A stretch of DNA of 64,000 nt from Oopsacas minuta (lineage: Eukaryota > Animalia > Porifera): the NCBI GenBank assembly GCA_024704765.1, contig JAKMXF010000353.1:62001-126000 (forward strand), written 5' to 3'. The notes below the pieces were generated by a model that saw only the letters and a list, made by a program, of their open reading frames with translations, was not told the DNA's origin and searched no databases. Numbering within the stretch: the stretch's first letter is position 1; every line of letters starts with the position of its first letter. Below, one piece after another: positions 34,954 to 46,377 of the stretch. A program made the translations under genes and the position numbers.

Positions 34954-36333
34954 GGCAACCACGCTCTGGTATTGGAATGTGTATTACACAACTAATTAGC
35001 AACGCAGAATAAATAGCAGTAAATAACAAAATTATTTATATCGAAGACAAGAATTATAACACAGGTATAGCTTAAACTGATAAATCGACAACAATAAACA
35101 AACAGCAAACAAACAATAAACAAACAACAAACAAACAAACAAACAAACAAACAAACAAACAAATAAACGCTAAATAAATAAAGAGTTCAAACATTACGTA
35201 ACGCTACAAGTAGAGGGACGAGGATGGTATGGGGAGTATGACAGCCCAATTCTGTATTAGTAAATTGGAAAAGCTTGATACAATGAGAGGGTCTCAGCAT
35301 TCAGGCAATTTTGCGTTACGTAACGTCTGAAACGGTCATTACACAAACAAACAAACAAGGCAAGTACCTCATTCAAATATAACTGACACAGTAAATAACA
35401 AAAATCAACAACAATCACCAGCTATGAGACTATTTATTATATCATTGACGTCAATAACATCAACAAACAATAAACCAGGAAGTACAAGCTAGGATAAGGT
35501 TATGATAAATCTATGCATCTATAGCATTGCTACTATAAATTGTGTTAACTTTTGTTTATGAAAATATGTTACAAAGTAAACAAATACCCATTTACTGTGA
35601 GGGAGGATTTTGGACCCTTAGACACCAGTAGGGGCCGTGTAAATACTCACACACCATGTTCCCATATGCAAATGTATTACCCAGTTGTCATAGTTGCCTC
35701 TAAGATAAGTGGCCACCCCTGAGGGAGGGGGCGAGTAGACAAGGGTGCAAATATTCGAGGATAGAATTGGACAATAAATCGCATCAAAAAACTGGCTACA
35801 ACATTTACCTATTTTATGAAATATACTGGCTTCTTATATAGAAAATAGTTATGAAAGTCTATGAGAAATATTGCGATGGTTTCTATCAATTCTAATTATG
35901 AACTTTAATTAAAGTATTGAACATTCCTTTCCTTGTTGCCATAGAAGCCAGTGAGGAATGTAGATTAATATAGAGATAGACATAATATTTTGACCAATAA
36001 GATTGCGTTGTTAAACGTTTTGGCCTCTGCTCTGGGGGGAGGTCATAAATATGCCGGGGGAGAGTACAGAGGTCGAATCTACAAGTTTGTGTATTAATAG
36101 TCCTTATAGAGTGCAAACTCCACAAACGGTGAAGCATTTTTCGGAGTCCCTGACACCAGTTTGTGGAGGTACCTGTGGGTCAAGTCAGTGGGTACACAAT
36201 CGATAGACAGATATTCTTGACCCCTGGTGTTACGTTAAAGGACCTGTTACTCTTCCGTAGCTCCAAAAATGAACAGAAATCATAGAAATAAAATATCACA
36301 AATCCACACAAAAATATTTACAAATCAAAAAAT

Positions 36334-37529
36334 TTATAATTTGGTAATTTGTGGTTGACTCAAATTTGAGCTATCCCTCTTGGCATCTGACAACCTTGGC
36401 AACCGAGATGCCATCAAAGTATGTTGATATTCTTCATAAGGATTACCTTGTATACAAATAGCTTGGAACTCTTCCTGCCGGATTGTTTGAGAGGCGAAGT
36501 CGATGTCATTATTCGCGATGGATAAACATGTCAAATTTGGCAGTGTGGATAAATCCGTGTCAATGGATTTCAAGAGATTATTATCCAGACATAACAACTG
36601 TAGATTAATCAACTTCGAAATGGCGGTCGGTAAATGTGTGATTTTATTATTAACAAGCGATAACACCTCCAAACGTGTTAATTTGAATATACACTCAGGA
36701 ATAGCTGTTAACATATTTGAGCCTAGATACAGTCTAGTAACGGAGTAAAGGAATGCAAAATATGTACCGGTATCTATAGCGGTCTCTGTCAATTTATTAT
36801 AAGTCAAATTAAGAGACTCCAATTTTGAGAGCTTCATCAAATCGAATAATTTCGAAAGATTCGCCAATTGGCATTTGGAAATAACTAAAGACTTTAGGCC
36901 GCTTAGAACTCCGATTTCTAACTGCATTTTGGGTAGAGATAAATTGACGTTTACGATCTCCAGGGTGTGAAGGAAACGTTTTAAACTCCAGAGATACGTA
37001 AGTGAGTGTAAATTCGAACTTGTGACACGTACGGATGTACACATCCTGAATTTTGCGGGGAGATATGTTATCTTAACTCTTTGTTTGTCTTGGAGGATTG
37101 TTAATATTTTTTGGTGAGATAATGTGTGTACTGATTCGTCATCTAGTGATAGGATCTGATCTCCTTCAGTGAGACCTGCGATCTGTGAAATACTTCCTCT
37201 TGTTACTTTCTTAAGTACTGATATCAGGATAGTGTCCCCGTCACTGTATTGAGCCTAGGAATAGATAGTTTGTTTGTCTGTTTGTTTGTTTGTTTGTTTG
37301 TTTGTTTGTTTACCTGTATATTTCTGAGTGAGAACCCCCATTTAGCATCACTACTTGCCCCTCTATCTAACTCTACATTCCTAACGCGTAATAACAGTGG
37401 GAGACGTCCATACTCGGGTGGACTAAAGAATGATCGTCTATCTGTCGGGGATAGATGGTTATTAAGATCAAGGATCTGTTTCTTGGAAAATGAATCTGAT
37501 TGTCCAATTTTACCTCGACTGGCTGACAT
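36334..37529 (-). CDS. PDZ domain followed by leucine-rich repeats, 378 aa; exons 37529-37314 and 37254-36334
   Basis: Spliced N-terminus VELDRGASSDAKWGFSLRNIQ|AQYSDGDTILISVLKKVTRGSISQIAGLTEGDQILSLDDESVHTLSHQKILTILQ is a PDZ pattern (GF-L loop, G.A..AGL..GD.IL). It is followed by LxxLxLxxN repeats (LESLNLTYNKL, VTRLYLGSNML, LEVLSLVNNKI, LQLLCLDNNLL, LTCLSIANNDI). Confidence 0.82.
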
Positions 37530-37872
37530 AATATATCTAATTATGAATAAGATTCTAAGAACATGCCGAATATAAGCAGCATCCTCGGGAAACCCGTTCT
37601 CTTCAATTCCTGTATATTTATACCGGTTATAAGAACATGTATTGCAGCTCCAAAGGGTGTTCTTATAACCGGTATACACATTGTAATCAAATTCGTATAT
37701 TGAGGAACTGGTAAGAGCTACAAACTTGAAACTCGGCAATAGAGTGTCTAATAAAACTTCATCAAATCACTCAAATATTTGTGATATTTCTAAACTCTCA
37801 GTAAAAAGTTGGCAACCGTTGGGTTAAATGGAATGTAAAAAATGGCCTCATAAAATAAAGTATAAAATATAT

Positions 37873-39346
37873 TTAAAACTTCAACCAATCTTTTAAATAC
37901 AGACAACTATTAGGAGAAATATTACCTACATCTTGACACCTATCAATTAGCGAACACATAACACAAGGTGTGAAAGTAATACCAGCTGGTAACTGCTTTG
38001 TCAATTTAATTTCCTTAGCTCGATACTTAAATATCTCTGTTACACTCCCGTTGTCAAGAGGAATAACTAATATATCCAATTCAAGTTTGCCTTCATCATG
38101 TAAAGCTTGTAATACTAAATCAAGCCTTCCCTTGGTAACGCGAAAGGACAATGGAATGTGTGCGGCTTTCATAGCTAAAATATCTTCACTTGAGAAATAT
38201 TTATGTGTATTGTCTTTGAGCTGTCCAAGTAACAGTTTATGCATATGTAGGAATAACACGTCTAGCTCATCCATGGTTAATGGCTTTTCCCGATTAATGA
38301 GAGATGGATCAGGGTCGAAATTTGAAAGTAGGTAGACCTTGGATCGGACCCCTGTGACGTCAGGGAGTTTTATCGATTGTGCTAATCCCTGTTTCTCTAA
38401 ATATTTTAGAATCTTTGTAACCTAAATATAAATACAATCAACTCCTGTTATATCTGAGCTCAAGGGACCGTGATAATTACTTCGATATGCCCAATAGGAT
38501 ATATGTTACTTTGACGGTTTGTGACTGTATTCGACGAAGTAGGCGGCAAAACCTGGGGGGCGATGTCCGATTGGACCAATTATTGGACTCTCTGACACCA
38601 GCTGAAAAGGTGTAGAAATGGCATGACTAGATATCTAGAAATAATGTGGCCAAACAGTGATAAATGCCAAATTTCAACACGATAGCTCTCCCTTTTTAAT
38701 CTCCGTGTACAGCTCAACCTCGTCGGGACCTGTCAAAAGCGTCCGTATAATCTAGGTCCTTATACATAGCAGGATAGGACCGGCGAGACCAGAGGGACAA
38801 GTCTAGATAATCGAGGTTCTTACCTGTACTTGTGGCAGACTCGTTTTCCTTCTTACATCTATACTAACCATCCCTTTACCTTTAACAGATTCTAAAGTCT
38901 TATATACTAACATCTGTTCGACATCTAGTGAACGGAGCTCTGTATTTAGTTCCGCATTCAAGTTTATTATTTCTTTTAATCTGTTTTAACAAGTAAATAA
39001 TAAACTCCAACCCGACAAACTGTTAAAAAGGTGTGAAAATATGATTAATCTTATGATAAATAACAATTGAGTAACAACTAACAAGACAGCTTTACCTGTA
39101 TACCAAAGTTGACCCTTGTTTACAAAGTTCTAGTTTCCCATTCGCTAGTAGTTTATTTATGACTTTCATTCGGATGGTAGGGGCCAGATCTGGTTGATCC
39201 TCTCGTATGTGTCGCTCTGTGATTCCCTTGAGATTCTCGTGACACAATTCTAACACCCTTTTCTCTAGCATGTTTAGAATTTCAGGATTATCTTCTTGGA
39301 TTTCTGAGATTATCTCGTTTTTAAATGATATTTTTGCTACTGCCAT
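37873..39346 (-). CDS. POLR3F: RNA polymerase III subunit RPC6/C34, 318 aa; exons 39346-39096, 38980-38824, 38421-37873
   Basis: INKLLANGKLELCKQGSTLVYR, EQMLVYKTLE...KG, and the C-terminal Fe-S motif PCVMCSLIDRC...ISPNSCLYLKDWLKF; phases sum to 957 nt. Confidence 0.92.
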
Positions 39347-39871
39347 TCACAGATATATTCTAACTACTGAAGTGAAGCTATATTTGCAATATCAATGATG
39401 GTGGAGTATTCGAATAGGGAATTTCGAAAAAGTTGAGATTTTTCAAAAAATTTGTAATTTGTAAACATTTGAAAAATTATGTCTTACATTATTTACAAAA
39501 AATTTCAAAAATCTCACGTATTTTAATTTTGCTGCGTCATCAACACCTTGTCACTTTTTCAAAAAGAATAATTCACAATTTTTCAGGAACTGGTAAGAGC
39601 TACAAACTTGAAACTGCCACGGAGTGTTGCCAGATTACGAACAAACTATATTACACGTGTATTAATAAGTACCCATAGCAAGCACCTTCAATATTCTCTA
39701 GACGAATATAACAGATTACGAGAAATACATAGTTGTGCGACAATTTCAAAATTGCATACCGTAAATCCATTCCTTGACAACGGACAAACAAACAAACAGA
39801 GAAACAACAATTGAGATTTAATCTAGATCTTGTAAGAAATCCTTTAAGTAAATAAACTTCTAGATAACAAC

Positions 39872-41359
39872 TTATAGTAAAATTACAAATATTTCAAGAT
39901 CAACCCCATCATCTCTTATAAATTCTTCTTTTAAGATAGGGATATCAGCAATATCTTCACTGCTACCACCTTTCTGCTTTATTTCTATGATACCACTTTT
40001 AGATTCCCACGTGACATTGGGGACGCTAGGGCTAAATATACGAAATATGAATTTGACTTTGACTTTATATAATTCCTGGCGTGGGTAACGAATACTTATT
40101 GAGCCATATTTTGAAACCCTTAAGGTGAAGTTAAACTCATCAACTTGAAATTCCTGCTGCTGGCCATTTTGGAATCGGTAAGAGAAATAATTGTAATAGC
40201 TGGAGGATCTACCATCAACCACCTTCTCAATTCTCCATTCTAATTTAGAGGAATTTGTGATGGAAAATAGCGCAGCTAATTGTCGTTCAATAGTTTCGTT
40301 CTGCTTGTTAATCATTTCGCTCTGTTGCATAACAATCTCTTCCATAGCACTGAGTTTCAATTCTGTGTGTTCAGTCCTCTTCTCCTTCAAATGTTGATTG
40401 AGTTTCTTCCTCTTGATTAGTCCTACTTCACACTTGTACTTTATAAACGGACACTCTACCTTCTTCTCTACACACTCCTCCTCTAGGTGTTGTGCCATGT
40501 CCTCACGATAAGCCACTGTGCCACATTCTAGTTCACATGTCAGTCGTATCTTGGGACACTCTTCTAGATGGTTAGGCATAGCACAAGCTTTGAAATCTTT
40601 CTGGCAATGTTTACATGGTATTTTACGTTGTACACACATTGTATTTACATGTATATCGAGTTCATCACGTGGTAGCTCTATTCCACATCCTAGTTTGCAT
40701 TTCTCTACCACACGACCACAATCTTTCTTTAGGTGTTGTGCCATATCCTCGCGACACATCACTGTGCCACATTTTTGTTCACATGTCATTCGTATTTTCG
40801 GGCATTTTTTGAGGTGGTTAGACATGTCACAAACTCTAAAATCTTTCTTGCAATGCTCACAAGATATTTGACGAAAATTACACTTCTCGCTGACATGTAT
40901 TTTTAGCTCATGACGTGATAACACTATCTTACATTCTAGTTTGCATTTCTCATAAACATGTCTACACACATCAAGATGGTTCTCACATTCTCCTAGTGTT
41001 CCTAGCCATTCACAACCACGCTTTTGTAAGGGACACGAGCATTTGAGAGAGAGGACTGTGTCCCTCACGTGTGTATTAGGACTGGTTTGCTCATAGCTAC
41101 GATACGAGATGTATAATTCTTCATGATTCCTACAACACTCACAAAATTGTTCCCCACTAGTTGATATGCAAGCCTCTCTTAGTATTCCCTTACAACGTTT
41201 ACAAACAAGGAGTGCAATCTCTCTGTGCGTCAATTTTTCAGTTAGAATATCCTTCCTATAACCTCGATATTCTCCTTCCTTTCCTTGGACTCGACACAAA
41301 TCCCTCCCTATTTCGGATACGAGTTGTTTTGTATTCCCTTCAACACGCTTAGTTGCCAT
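39872..41359 (-). CDS. TRAF-like protein copy 1, intact, 495 aa: degenerate RING, TRAF zinc fingers, coiled coil, divergent MATH-like domain
   Basis: CKRCKGILREACISTSGEQFCECC; CSCPLQKRGCEWLGTLGECENHLDVC; repeated C-x3-C-x11/12-H-x3-C fingers; VECPFIKYKCEV; C-terminal LEWRI...FIRDDGVDLEIFV. Confidence 0.9.
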   Translation of the reverse strand: MATKRVEGNTKQLVSEIGRDLCRVQGKEGEYRGYRKDILTEKLTHREIALLVCKRCKGILREACISTSGEQFCECCRNHEELYISYRSYEQTSPNTHVRDTVLSLKCSCPLQKRGCEWLGTLGECENHLDVCRHVYEKCKLECKIVLSRHELKIHVSEKCNFRQISCEHCKKDFRVCDMSNHLKKCPKIRMTCEQKCGTVMCREDMAQHLKKDCGRVVEKCKLGCGIELPRDELDIHVNTMCVQRKIPCKHCQKDFKACAMPNHLEECPKIRLTCELECGTVAYREDMAQHLEEECVEKKVECPFIKYKCEVGLIKRKKLNQHLKEKRTEHTELKLSAMEEIVMQQSEMINKQNETIERQLAALFSITNSSKLEWRIEKVVDGRSSSYYNYFSYRFQNGQQQEFQVDEFNFTLRVSKYGSISIRYPRQELYKVKVKFIFRIFSPSVPNVTWESKSGIIEIKQKGGSSEDIADIPILKEEFIRDDGVDLEIFVILL

Positions 41360-41981
41360 TTCTTACTTTCAATTCACTTTTTTTAACATAAATACATTAT
41401 ACTTAATATACCTCGGGGTATCACATGGAAATAGTAACCAGATACACACGTTAGTGCCTATACTATATATGTTACAACTCTATTTTTACCAATTATTCGT
41501 ACGATAGAGAGCTCTCTAAAATAGGATTAACATAACTTTCGGGGCATAAAGCCAAAAATTCAGTTGTAGCATTTCCCCTTAATGTTATGGTATAGGGCGC
41601 CGAACGCGAACCTTCTAACAGTTTGAACTATCCCCCGGGTTCCGTGCATTGTGTGAAAATTAAATATTCCTTCAGCTTAGTTCTTCATTCTAATTTAGTG
41701 GTATACATTAGCTAAGTACTGAGATGAATCTATCAGAGATGATGGGAATGATCTTGAAATATTATACAGGTGTCTAAAGGTGTGAAATATTCATATAGGT
41801 ACAAGTAGATGTCACTAAGAGTACACATGCCAAATTTGGTGTCTTAATCTCTTAAGGTGTTAATAGTGAGCGAGTACATGTATACTATGTCAACCATTTA
41901 GAACTGAGCCACTGTACTAATAGTGTTTGTTGGTACAATAATAATTATCAATCTAAAATCTACATCGTTACTTGTGCTAAA

Positions 41982-43505
41982 TTATTTACAAAATACAAAT
42001 AATTCGAGTTCGATCTCGTCATCTCTGACAAAATCAGGCTTAACTTCAGATTTGGGGAATCTAACAACTTCCCTTTTGAGTTTAGAACTCTGATAATCTT
42101 TTTTGTTCACCTCTATCATTTCACCTTTAAAATCCTTTGTGCCTTTTGGGTTGCTATGACAAACCAGACGAGCTACGAATTCAGCTATGAAAGGCCATTT
42201 TAGTGAAAAATAACCCCATCCATCCTTAGGGAGGAATAAAATCTGTATTGAATCAGCATCGCAAGAAAACTGAATTTCAAAATTATATCCATCAATTTGA
42301 GATTGTTTTTTAACTGTAGGATGATTGGAACCCAATTTATAACATATGCTGTCTATTCGCCATTCTACTTTAGCAGCTCTAGCGATTGTAAATAAAGTTC
42401 GCTTCAAATCTCCAGCTTCAGTTTCTAACACTTGAACTGTGTGAGTAAGTAGTTTCACTTCATTACTCTGTTGCATAATAATCTCTTCCATAGCACTGAG
42501 TTTCAATTCTGTGTGTTCAGTCCTCTTCTCCTTCAAATGTTGATTGAGTTTCTTCCTCTTGATTAGTCCTACTTCACACTTGTACTTTATAAACGGACAC
42601 TCTACCTTCTTCTCAACACACTCCTCCTCTAGGTGTTGTGCCATGTCCTCACGATAAGCCACTGTGCCACATTCTAGTTCACATGTCAGTCGTATCTTGG
42701 GACACTCTTCTAGATGGTTAGGCATAGCACAAGCTTTGGAATCTTTCTGGCAATGTCTACATGGTATTTTACGTTGTACACACATTGTATTTACATGTAT
42801 ATCGAGTTCATCACGTGGTAGCTCTATTCCACATCCTAGTTTGCATTTCTCTACCACACGACCACAATCTTTCTTTAGGTGTTGTGCCATATCCTCGCGA
42901 CACATCACTGTGCCACATTTTTGTTCACATGTCATTCGTATTTTCGGGCATTTTTTGAGGTGGTTAGACATGTCACAAACTCTGAAACCTTTCTTGCAAT
43001 GCTCACAAGATATTTCACGAAATGTACACTCTTCTCTTATATGTATGGATAGCTCATGACATGGTAACACTATATCACATCCTAGTTTGCATTTCTCATG
43101 AACATGACTACACAAATGAAGATGGTTCTCACATTCTGCCAGAGTTCCTAGCCATTCACAACCACGCTTTTGTAAGGGACATGAGCACTTGAGTGAGTTG
43201 ACAGTGTTCCTCACGTGTATATTCGGACTTATTTGTTCATACCTAGGGTATACGTTGCCAACTTCTTCATGATTCCTACAACACTCACAAAATTGTTCCC
43301 CACTAGTTGATATGCAAGCCTTCCTCATAATTCCCTTACAACGTTTACAAACCAAGAGTGCAATCTCTCTGTGTGTCAATTTTTCAGTTAGAATATCCTT
43401 CCTATAACCTCGGTATTCTCCTACCTTTCCTTGGACTCGACACAAATCCCTCCCTATTTCAGCTACGAGTTGTTTTGTATTCCCTTCAACACGCTTAGTT
43501 GCCAT
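41982..43505 (-). CDS. TRAF-like protein copy 2, intact, 507 aa
   Basis: N-terminal ~345 aa near-identical to copy 1; MATH-like C-terminus VEWRI...LKWPFIAEFVARLV...FVRDDEIELELFV. Confidence 0.9.
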   Translation of the reverse strand: MATKRVEGNTKQLVAEIGRDLCRVQGKVGEYRGYRKDILTEKLTHREIALLVCKRCKGIMRKACISTSGEQFCECCRNHEEVGNVYPRYEQISPNIHVRNTVNSLKCSCPLQKRGCEWLGTLAECENHLHLCSHVHEKCKLGCDIVLPCHELSIHIREECTFREISCEHCKKGFRVCDMSNHLKKCPKIRMTCEQKCGTVMCREDMAQHLKKDCGRVVEKCKLGCGIELPRDELDIHVNTMCVQRKIPCRHCQKDSKACAMPNHLEECPKIRLTCELECGTVAYREDMAQHLEEECVEKKVECPFIKYKCEVGLIKRKKLNQHLKEKRTEHTELKLSAMEEIIMQQSNEVKLLTHTVQVLETEAGDLKRTLFTIARAAKVEWRIDSICYKLGSNHPTVKKQSQIDGYNFEIQFSCDADSIQILFLPKDGWGYFSLKWPFIAEFVARLVCHSNPKGTKDFKGEMIEVNKKDYQSSKLKREVVRFPKSEVKPDFVRDDEIELELFVFCK

Positions 43506-44133
43506 TTCTTACTTTCGATTCACTTTTTTAACATAAATACATTATACTTAATATACCTCGGGGTATCACATGGAAATAGTAACCAGATACACACGTTAGT
43601 GCCTATACTATATATGTTACAACTCTATTTTTACCAAGTATTCATACGATAGAGAACTCTCTAAATAAGATGATCATAACTTTCGGGGCATAAAGCCAAA
43701 AATTCAGTTGTAGCATTTCCCCTTAATGTTATGGTATAGGGCGCCAGACGCGAACCTTCTAACAGCTTGAACTATCCCCCGAGTTCCGTGCATTGTGTGA
43801 AAACTAAATATTCCCTCGGCGTAATTCTTCATTCTAATTTAGTGGTATACATTGGCTAAGTACTGAGATGAATCTATCAGAGATGATGGGAATGATCTTG
43901 AAATATTTCGTAATCATAAATATACAAATCTGTTTACTAGATAATTGACTATTTGCTCAAAGTATGTATACATGTATATTTGTTAATATAATAAAATCTC
44001 AAATGTATTTTGAGCACATGACGTGGTAACACTAGCTCACAGTCTTGTTATCTACTGTATTATTGAATACCAAGTAATTAACTAACAGCAATATACATAT
44101 GTATTAATAACAGGTAAATAGTAATAAATATGT

Positions 44134-45415
44134 TTAAAGTAAAGTTACAAATATTTCAAGATCTATATCTCTGGTGAATTCTTTTCTTGCAGGGATTGTA
44201 GCAATAACATAACTTTCGCTACCTTTTGCTTTATTTCTATTATATTACTTTTAGATTCCCAAATGACATCAGGCTTGCTAGGACTAATAATACGAAATAT
44301 AAATTTGACTTTGACTTTAGATAATTCCTGTCGCGGGTAATTGATATATGTATATTGAGCCATGAATTAGCTGTAAAATAAAGTTAAACCTATCAACTTG
44401 AAATTGTTGGGAAGTTGAGTGATTGTAATCTGTCATAGAATTTACCACGTTTTGAATTCTCCATTCTAACTTAGTGGTATTGGTGATGGAAAGTAGCGTT
44501 TTAAATTGTCCGTTCTGTTTAGTAATCATTTCGCTCTGTTGCATAACAATCTCTTCCATAGCACTGAGTTTCAATTCTGTGTGTTCAGTCCTCTTCTCCT
44601 CCAAATGTTGATTGAGTTCCTTCCTCTTGATTAGTCCTACTTCACACTTGTACTTTATAAACGGACACTCTACCTTCTTCTCTACACACTCCTTCTCTAG
44701 GTGTCGTGCTATGTCCTCACGATAAGCCACTGTGCCACATCCTAGTTCACATGATAGTGGCATTTTTTGCACTTTTTATTGTGGTAAAACATTTCACACG
44801 CTTTGAAATCTATGTGACAGTACTCACAAGGTATCATTCGTCGTACGCACTCATCATTCACATGCATACCGAGCTCATCACGAGGTAGCTCTATTCTACA
44901 TCCTAGTTTGCAATGCTCTATCACACGACGACAAAGAGATATCACAAACTTTGAAATCATGCTTACAATGCTCACAGGGTATTTTACGATACAAACACGT
45001 TTCTTTCATATCAATATTGAGCTCATGACGTGGTAACCCTATTTCATATCCTAGTTTGCATTTCTCATGAACATAGCCGCACACATTGAGATGGTTCTCA
45101 CATTCTCCTAGTGTTCCAAGCCATTCACAACCTCGATTATACGAGGGACACGAAGACTTGAGTGAGAGGACTGTTTTACTTACATGTGCATTTTGGTGTT
45201 TCTGTTCCCCCTTTCTGGTACAACAGGAACAAAATTCATTGACAACGCTTACAAACCAGGAGTGCAAGCACTCTTTCTGACATATTTTCAGTTATAATAT
45301 CTGTTCTATAACCTAGAGATTTTCCTCCCTCTGCTCTGACTAAATACAATTCCCTCGCTATTTCGGGCACGTTCTCATCTGGTTCTTGATAAATTTCAAC
45401 ACGCTTAGCTGCCAT
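44134..45415 (-). pseudogene. TRAF-like copy 3, frameshifted and internally deleted
   Basis: ATG at 45415 (MAAKRVE) and terminal DLEIFVTLL* at 44134; homology is split over at least four ORF-track fragments in different frames. Confidence 0.85.
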
Positions 45416-46377
45416 TTCTTACAAAAATACACTTCTTGGTATATTGTTAATTATTCGCCCAGGGTATCTCATGAAAATAGTAACCAGATACTTCAGTTCC
45501 TAGTCTACTATATTCCCATATATTTATATGATTATATCGCTATATACATTTTCAGTGTTTGTCTATCACCCCGATGATCGTTCCTGGAGAATGAACACAA
45601 ATTAGAATGAAAATACGCCATACAACATCGAAAAGGTACTATCCCAAAAATAACTAATCTAATTATCATTTTGTAGACCAATAAAACCTATATCAACAGT
45701 TTGGGGCATTGTTTAAACAATGTCCAGGAAAAAAACTGATCAACACAATAATAGACGGGCTACACACATAAGATTATTCTCAAACTAGTAATACTCAAAG
45801 AGGTGTTCATCGTGGGAACGATCATCTCCCGTTAGATAAACTCAATTTTCATGGGTAGATGAATTTGTTGACATTATTGATTCTAAGCTTGGAAGGTATT
45901 TATGTAGATCAGACGTATATACTAGTAAAATACACCTTGTAGCTGAATTACATTGATTATATGGGGAAATTATGACAATATTTGTGGGTTGCCATATCAG
46001 ATGCAGGAAGTGGAGCTGAATCATGTTTTCACTAACAGTAACAGAGGTCTAATATAATAACGTCTAAGTGATGAGCTGATTAACCGTAGCTAATAAATAC
46101 TCTACAAATTCTGTATATTTGTATGCATTAACAGATAACCTCTGATGCTGTGAATTTATCCACAGCCTTAAGTGCCTGATTACAAACACAACGTGATACT
46201 CACTTATCTCTAACTAATTATTAATTCATTGATTGATTAGATATGTTGAAATAGCGGATTTGTCTTTTGGAGATGATTCACAATTATTATTATTATTATG
46301 CCAGTCATTACGATATCTCATTACAATCTTTATGTATTGAATTGATTTATAACCAAGCAATGAATGTATTATAAGAA

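Noticed and set aside
34954-34962. ORF-track start MVAM for talin
   Set aside because: The codon at 34962 is GTG; the first ATG is at 34953.
35892-36137. 81-aa ORF between talin and the PDZ-LRR gene; likewise 7085-7306, 56493-56727, 57521-57790 and 63317-63583
   Set aside because: Short, without domain or splice support, and mostly overlapping repeat-derived sequence.
37530-37739. N-terminal extension of ORF 37224-37739
   Set aside because: It begins at a TTG within a dispersed repeat shared with about 39585; the PDZ-LRR gene more plausibly starts at ATG 37529.
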